A stretch of 64,000 bases of DNA from Planctomycetota bacterium (lineage in GTDB: Bacteria; Planctomycetota; UBA8108; SXIK01). Below are positions 58,000 through 64,000 of this stretch, piece after piece (position 1 is the first letter of the stretch; every line of letters starts with the position of its first letter). Where the stretch lies: the NCBI GenBank assembly GCA_965223845.1, contig CBDCXR010000004.1:6688001-6752000 (forward strand), written 5' to 3'. The translations under genes were made by a program, and so were the position numbers. A model generated the notes under the pieces. It was not told where the DNA came from, did no database searches, and saw only the letters and a list, made by a program, of their open reading frames with translations.

Positions 58000-60900
58000 A
58001 TGAAACGCGAGAAACAATCCCGTCGCCCGGCCGGAGTTCCTCCGGCGCGCGGCCTCTATGACCCCGCCCACGAGCACGATAGTTGCGGCGTCGGGTTCGT
58101 CGCCCACATCAAAGGGGACCGGAGTCACCAGATCGTCCGCGACGCGAACGAGGTCCTCCTCAACATGACGCATCGCGGTGCGTGTGGCTGCGAGCCGAAC
58201 ACGGGGGACGGCGCCGGATTCCTTACGGCGCTACCGCACGAGTTCCTCGCGAAGGTCGCCGAGCGCGATCTCGGAATCACGCTCCCGCCGGCGGGAAGCT
58301 TCTCTGCCGGTCTCGTGTTCCTGCCGCAGGACGACGCAGAGCGCGAGCGTTGCCGGCGCGAAGTCGCGGCGATCATCGCGGATCAGGGCCAGCGACTTCT
58401 CGGGTGGCGCTCCGTGCCGACCGACGCCGACGGCGCCGACATCGGGAACGCGGCGCGCGCGACCGAGCCCGTGATCGAGATGCTCTTCGTCGGTGCCGCT
58501 GACGGACTCGAGGGCGACGCGTTCGAGCGGCAGCTCTACCTCATTCGGAAGCGCGCGACGAGGCTGCTCCGCGAATCGGATCTCGTCGAAGCGAAGATGT
58601 TCTACGTCTGCAGCCTCTCGACGAAGGTGATCGTCTACAAGGGGCAGCTCACACCGGAGCAGGTGATCCCGTATTTTCCTGATCTCGCCGATCCGGACTA
58701 CCGCACGCACCTTGCGATGGTGCACTCGCGCTTCTCGACGAACACGTTCCCGTCGTGGGACCGCGCGCAGCCGAACCGCTTCATGAGTCACAACGGCGAG
58801 ATCAACACGCTTCGGGGGAACAGCAACTGGATGCGCGCGCGCCAGGGACTAGCTCGTTCGGAGCTCTTTGCGGACGAGCTCGAGAAGGCGTTCCCGGTTG
58901 TCGAGCCGGATTGCTCCGACTCCGGCACCTTCGACAATGTGCTCGAGTTCCTCCTCATGACGGGCCGTACGCTCCAGGAAGCCGTCATGATGATGATTCC
59001 CGAGGCGTGGCAGAACCACCGCAGCATGCCGGCGGACAAGAAAGCGTTCTACGAGTACCACTCGTGCCTCATGGAGCCGTGGGACGGTCCCGCTTCGATC
59101 GCGTTTACGGACGGCCACTACATCGGCGCGGTTCTCGACCGAAACGGCCTCCGACCGAGTCGCTTTTACGTGACGAAGGACGATCGTGTGATCATGGCTT
59201 CCGAGGTCGGCGTCCTCAAGGTCGACCCCGCGAACGTCGCGTACAAGGGACGCCTCCAGCCGGGGAAGATGTTCCTCGTCGACTTCGAGGAGGGGCGAAT
59301 CATCGCGGACGACGAGCTGAAGGGCGAGTTCTCCGCGCGGCGGCCGTACCGCGAGTGGCTCGACTCCGAGCGCCTCGAGTTTTCCGAGCTTCCGCCGGCG
59401 GAGCCCGAGCGCGTCGAGCGTAGCGGCCTCCTTCCGCGCATGAAGGCATTCGGCTACACCGTCGAGACGATGCAGTTCATGCTCATTCCGCTGATCACGC
59501 AAAAGCGCGATCCAGTGGGGTCGATGGGGAACGACTCGTCGCTCGCGTGCCTCTCCGACAAGCCGCGGATGCTCTACGATTACTTCAAGCAGCTCTTTGC
59601 GCAGGTGACGAATCCGGCGATCGACTCGATCCGCGAAGAGATCATCATGTCGCTCGCGACGTACATCGGGCCGGAGGGGAACCTTCTCGAGACCACGGCG
59701 GCACACGCCCATCGACTCGCGCTCGAGCACCCGATTCTTGCGAACGACGAGCTCGCGACGCTGAAGGCTCTCGACCACCGCGGCTGGCGGAGCCGGACGA
59801 TCGACATCACCTTCCCGCGGGCGGACGGTGAAGCGGGGATGATCGACGCACTCGATCGAATCTGCGCCGAGGCGGAGAGCGCGATCGAGGCCGGAGATTC
59901 GCTCGTGATTCTCTCCGACCGGGCGGTCGCCCCCGACCGCGCGCCGCTCAGCTCTCTCCTCGCCTGCGGCGCCGTGCACCACCATCTCGTGCGGAAGTCG
60001 ATGCGAACCCGCATCGGCATCGTCCTCGAGAGCGGCGAGGCGCGCGAGGTTCACCATCACTGCCTCCTGATCGGCTACGGCGCCGATGCGATCAATCCCT
60101 ACCTCGCGTTTGAAGCGCTCTGGCGCGCGCGAGAGGACGGCGTGCTCGCCGCCGAGTTCGAGAGTGACGCGGATGTCGTCGCCGCGTACCGAAAGGGCGT
60201 CGCAAAGGGGATGCTCAAGGTGATGGCGAAGATGGGGATCTCGACCCTCCAGAGCTATAAGGGCGCGCAGATCTTCGAAGCGGTCGGCCTCACCGACGCC
60301 GTCATCGCGCAGTGCTTCGCCGGGACCGCGAGTCGCCTCCAGGGCTGCGGTTTCGACGTGCTCGCTGCGGAGGCGCTTCGGCGACATGCGATCGGTTACG
60401 TCGAGCGCGATGGTCAGCCGGGGGCGGTGCTTCCGAACCTCGGCGAGTTCCACTGGCGTTCGGACGGCGAACGCCACATGTGGAGTCCCGACACGATCGC
60501 GAATCTGCAGGTCGCCGCGCGCACACAGGGAAAGGACGCCTACGCGGACTTCGCGCGCCTCGCCGACGAGGATGCGCGCAGCCGCTGCACCTTGCGCGGT
60601 CTTCTTCGGCTGAAGTCGGGCGCGAACGGCGGTTCGATCTCGATCGACGAGGTCGAGCCGGCCGCCGAGATCGTGAAGCGGTTCTGCACGGGGGCGATGA
60701 GCTTCGGGTCGATCTCGGCCGAGGCGCACGAAACGCTCGCCATCGCGATGAATCGTCTGGGAGGCAAGTCGAACACGGGCGAAGGCGGAGAGGACCCGGT
60801 GCGGTTCACGCCGCTCGAGAACGGAGATTCGAAGCGCTCGGCGATCAAGCAGGTCGCTTCCGGGCGGTTCGGCGTCACGACGTGGTATCTCACGAACGCC

Positions 60901-62586
60901 GACGAGCTTCAGATCAAGATCGCTCAAGGGGCGAAGCCGGGCGAGGGAGGCGAGCTCCCCGGCCACAAGGTCGACGAGACCATCGCGCGCATCCGCCACT
61001 CGACGCCGGGTGTCGGGCTCATCAGTCCGCCGCCGCATCACGATATCTATTCGATCGAGGACCTCGCGCAGCTCATCCACGATCTGAAGAACGCGAATCC
61101 ATCCGCGCGAGTGAGCGTGAAGCTCGTCTCCGAGGTCGGCGTCGGCACGATCGCGGCGGGCGTCGCGAAGGCGCACTCCGATCACATTCTGATCTCGGGT
61201 CACGACGGCGGCACGGGCGCGTCGCCGCTCACGAGCATCAAGCACGCCGGCCTGCCGTGGGAGCTCGGCATCGCCGAGACGCACCAGACGCTCGTTCTCA
61301 ATGATCTTCGCTCGCGCGTCGTCCTCCAGACCGACGGTCAGCTCAAGACCGGGCGCGACGTCGTTATCGCCGCGCTCCTCGGAGCGGAGGAGTACGGGTT
61401 CTCGACGGCACCTCTCATCACGCTCGGCTGCATCATGATGCGGAAGTGCCATCTGAACACCTGCCCGGTGGGGATCGCGACCCAGGATCCGGATCTCCGC
61501 GCGAAGTTCAGCGGCGCTCCCGAGCACGTCGTCAACTACCTCTTCCTCGTTGCCGAGGAGGCACGCGGGTACATGGCGGAGCTCGGGTTCCGTACGGTCG
61601 ACGAGATGATCGGGCGCTCCGACGCGCTCGAGGTGAACGCGGCGATTCGGCACTGGAAGTCGGACGGACTCGATCTGTCTCCGATCCTGATGCCGGCGGA
61701 GAAGCCGCGCGCGGACGTCGAGGTCTACTGCACGATCGAGCAAGATCACGGTCTCGACAAGGCGCTCGACAATCGCCTCATCGAGCTCGCTGCGCCGGCG
61801 ATCGACGGGGCCGAGCCCGTCGAGATCGACCTCCCGATCATCAACACGAATCGAACCGTCGGTACGACGCTCAGCCACACGATCGCCAAGAAGTGGGGCG
61901 CGGAGTGCTTGCCGGACGACACGATTCGCATCAAGTTCACGGGCTCCGCCGGGCAGAGCCTCGCGTCGTGGCTCTGTCGCGGCGTGTCGATCGAGCTCGA
62001 AGGCGACGCCAACGACTACGTCGGAAAGGGACTGTCGGGCGGAAGGCTCACGGTCTACCCGCCGCGCGAGTCGACGTTCGCGGCCGAGGAGAACATCCTC
62101 GTCGGGAACGTTTGCCTCTACGGCGCGACGAGCGGCGAGGCGTTCTTCCGCGGGCGGGCGGCGGAGCGGTTCTGCGTGCGGAATTCGGGCGCGCACGCCG
62201 TCATCGAAGGGATCGGTGACCACGGCTGCGAGTACATGACGGGGGGGCGCGTCGTCGTCCTCGGACCGACGGGCCGGAACTTCGCGGCGGGGATGAGCGG
62301 CGGGATCGCCTACATCTGGGATCCGGACCAGAGCTTCGCTGAACGCTGCAACGTCGAGATGGTCGAGCTTGAGCGGGTCGTCACCGAGGAAGACGAGATC
62401 GAGCTGCGGACGCTGATCGAGAAGCACCGCGATGCGACGCAGTCGCCAGTCGCGGCGGATGTGCTCGCGCGCTGGGAGGCGACGCTCGGAGAATTCGTCA
62501 AGGTGATGCCGATCGACTACAAGCGCGTTCTCGAGGCGGCGAAGAAACGAACGAGCGGCGAGGCCGACGAGCTGCAAGTGGCCTGA
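58000..62586 (+). CDS. gltB: Glutamate synthase large subunit
   Basis: [42 protein letters not shown] and GXGXG domain. Confidence 0.98.
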   Translation: MKREKQSRRPAGVPPARGLYDPAHEHDSCGVGFVAHIKGDRSHQIVRDANEVLLNMTHRGACGCEPNTGDGAGFLTALPHEFLAKVAERDLGITLPPAGSFSAGLVFLPQDDAERERCRREVAAIIADQGQRLLGWRSVPTDADGADIGNAARATEPVIEMLFVGAADGLEGDAFERQLYLIRKRATRLLRESDLVEAKMFYVCSLSTKVIVYKGQLTPEQVIPYFPDLADPDYRTHLAMVHSRFSTNTFPSWDRAQPNRFMSHNGEINTLRGNSNWMRARQGLARSELFADELEKAFPVVEPDCSDSGTFDNVLEFLLMTGRTLQEAVMMMIPEAWQNHRSMPADKKAFYEYHSCLMEPWDGPASIAFTDGHYIGAVLDRNGLRPSRFYVTKDDRVIMASEVGVLKVDPANVAYKGRLQPGKMFLVDFEEGRIIADDELKGEFSARRPYREWLDSERLEFSELPPAEPERVERSGLLPRMKAFGYTVETMQFMLIPLITQKRDPVGSMGNDSSLACLSDKPRMLYDYFKQLFAQVTNPAIDSIREEIIMSLATYIGPEGNLLETTAAHAHRLALEHPILANDELATLKALDHRGWRSRTIDITFPRADGEAGMIDALDRICAEAESAIEAGDSLVILSDRAVAPDRAPLSSLLACGAVHHHLVRKSMRTRIGIVLESGEAREVHHHCLLIGYGADAINPYLAFEALWRAREDGVLAAEFESDADVVAAYRKGVAKGMLKVMAKMGISTLQSYKGAQIFEAVGLTDAVIAQCFAGTASRLQGCGFDVLAAEALRRHAIGYVERDGQPGAVLPNLGEFHWRSDGERHMWSPDTIANLQVAARTQGKDAYADFARLADEDARSRCTLRGLLRLKSGANGGSISIDEVEPAAEIVKRFCTGAMSFGSISAEAHETLAIAMNRLGGKSNTGEGGEDPVRFTPLENGDSKRSAIKQVASGRFGVTTWYLTNADELQIKIAQGAKPGEGGELPGHKVDETIARIRHSTPGVGLISPPPHHDIYSIEDLAQLIHDLKNANPSARVSVKLVSEVGVGTIAAGVAKAHSDHILISGHDGGTGASPLTSIKHAGLPWELGIAETHQTLVLNDLRSRVVLQTDGQLKTGRDVVIAALLGAEEYGFSTAPLITLGCIMMRKCHLNTCPVGIATQDPDLRAKFSGAPEHVVNYLFLVAEEARGYMAELGFRTVDEMIGRSDALEVNAAIRHWKSDGLDLSPILMPAEKPRADVEVYCTIEQDHGLDKALDNRLIELAAPAIDGAEPVEIDLPIINTNRTVGTTLSHTIAKKWGAECLPDDTIRIKFTGSAGQSLASWLCRGVSIELEGDANDYVGKGLSGGRLTVYPPRESTFAAEENILVGNVCLYGATSGEAFFRGRAAERFCVRNSGAHAVIEGIGDHGCEYMTGGRVVVLGPTGRNFAAGMSGGIAYIWDPDQSFAERCNVEMVELERVVTEEDEIELRTLIEKHRDATQSPVAADVLARWEATLGEFVKVMPIDYKRVLEAAKKRTSGEADELQVA

Positions 62587-62709
62587 TGACACGAGAGCCG
62601 AGCCAAGGCGAAAGACTCGAACGTCGCGACCGAATCGCGGACGGTACGCTCTCGCGGAGATCCGCGAGCGCTGAACGATCGCGAGGGAGCGGCGAGGAGC
62701 AAGCACGAC

Positions 62710-64000
62710 ATGGGTAAGCCGACGGGCTTCAAGGAATACCAGCGCGCGACGGTGCCGTACGCCGATCCGAAGACGCGCATCGCGAACTACGACGAGTTTC
62801 TGGTCGAGGTGCCCGAAGAGCACCTGCGGACTCAAGGCGCGCGCTGCATGGACTGCGGCGTCCCGTTCTGCCAGTCCGGCACGGGCTGTCCCGTCGACAA
62901 TCTCATCCCCGAGTGGAACGACCTCGTCTACCACGGCCAGTGGCGCGAAGCGCTCGATCGGCTTCACAAGACGAACAACTTTCCGGAATTCACCGGACGA
63001 GTGTGCCCGGCGCCCTGCGAAGGCGCCTGCGTGCTCGGAATCCACGAGCCGCCCGTCACGATCAAAAACATCGAGAACGCGATCATCGATCGCGGCTTCG
63101 CCGAAGGCTGGGTGAAGGCCGAGCCGCCGGCGATCCGAACCGGGAAGAGCGTCGCCATCATCGGTTCGGGGCCGGCGGGGCTCGCCGCCGCCGCGCAGCT
63201 CAACAAGGCGGGTCACACGGTCACCGTCTACGAGCGCGACGATCGCATCGGCGGTCTCCTCATGTACGGGATCCCGAACATGAAGCTCGAGAAGTGGATC
63301 GTCGAGCGGCGGATCGATCTCCTCCGCGAAGAGGGCGTCCGCTTCGTGACCAACGCTCACGTCGGTGTGAACGTCGACGTTGCGGAGCTTCGCCGGGGGA
63401 GCGACGCTCTTCTCCTTGCCTGCGGAGCGACGAAGCCGCGGGATCTCCCGATTCCGGGACGCGACCTCGACGGGATTCACTTCGCGATGGAGTTTCTTCG
63501 CAAGAACACGAAGAGCCTTCTCGACTCGAAGCTCGCCGACGGGGAGTACATCTCGGCGAAGGATCGAGACGTGATCGTGATCGGCGGTGGCGACACGGGG
63601 ACGGACTGCATCGGGACATCGATTCGGCACGGGTGTAAGAGCCTCGTCAACTTCGAGCTCCTCGATCGTCCGCCCGAGTCGCGCGCACCCGACAACCCCT
63701 GGCCGCAGTGGCCGCGGATCTTCCGCGCCGACTACGGGCATGAAGAGTCGGAGGCGAAGTTCGGCCGCGATCCGCGCGAGTTCGCAATTCTCTCGACGGA
63801 GTTCGTCGGCGACGAGAAGGGGCGCGTAGCGGGAATCCGCACGGTTCGTGTCGGGTGGTCGAAGGACGAGAACGGGCGGCCGAAGTTCGAGAAGCAGGCG
63901 GGAACGGAGGAGGAGTTCAAAGCCGATCTCGTCCTCCTCGCGATGGGGTTTCTCGGTCCGGAAGAGACGCTCGTTCCGAAGCTCGAACTCGAAACCGATC
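62710..64000 (+). CDS. gltD: Glutamate synthase small subunit (partial; runs off the window)
   Basis: [36 protein letters not shown] and GGGDTGTDC. Confidence 0.97.
   Translation, partial: MGKPTGFKEYQRATVPYADPKTRIANYDEFLVEVPEEHLRTQGARCMDCGVPFCQSGTGCPVDNLIPEWNDLVYHGQWREALDRLHKTNNFPEFTGRVCPAPCEGACVLGIHEPPVTIKNIENAIIDRGFAEGWVKAEPPAIRTGKSVAIIGSGPAGLAAAAQLNKAGHTVTVYERDDRIGGLLMYGIPNMKLEKWIVERRIDLLREEGVRFVTNAHVGVNVDVAELRRGSDALLLACGATKPRDLPIPGRDLDGIHFAMEFLRKNTKSLLDSKLADGEYISAKDRDVIVIGGGDTGTDCIGTSIRHGCKSLVNFELLDRPPESRAPDNPWPQWPRIFRADYGHEESEAKFGRDPREFAILSTEFVGDEKGRVAGIRTVRVGWSKDENGRPKFEKQAGTEEEFKADLVLLAMGFLGPEETLVPKLELETD

Noticed and set aside
58849-63741. 1630-aa minus-strand ORF
   Set aside because: Antisense shadow of gltB/gltD caused by GC codon bias; no motifs.

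Overview
GC-rich bacterial chromosomal window, probably Planctomycetota (inferred from a BlaI/M56 pair, a lamin-tail/CotH protein with a dockerin-like tail, pilin-like genes and an alpha2-type GlyRS). All annotation is by eye, with no database searches. Housekeeping genes: glyQS, scpA, fmt, rsmB, pgl, panB, panD, glgC, a galT-like gene, gltB and a partial gltD. Highlights: (1) an ~900-nt ORF-free, highly base-paired unit at 33690-34590 (minus strand) with a sigma70-like promoter and an intrinsic terminator, a candidate large structured ncRNA; (2) a three-gene lipid/small-molecule cluster (PhcB-like methyltransferase, desaturase, and a single E1alpha-E1beta-lipoyl-FabH fusion); (3) a split ORF pair that reads as one secreted UxxC selenoprotein with a SECIS-like hairpin; (4) an unannotated 35-aa bL37-like ribosomal protein gene; (5) a RAYT-type Y1 transposase and dispersed REPIN/MITE-like inverted repeats. 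No rRNA, tRNA or CRISPR array was recognised.
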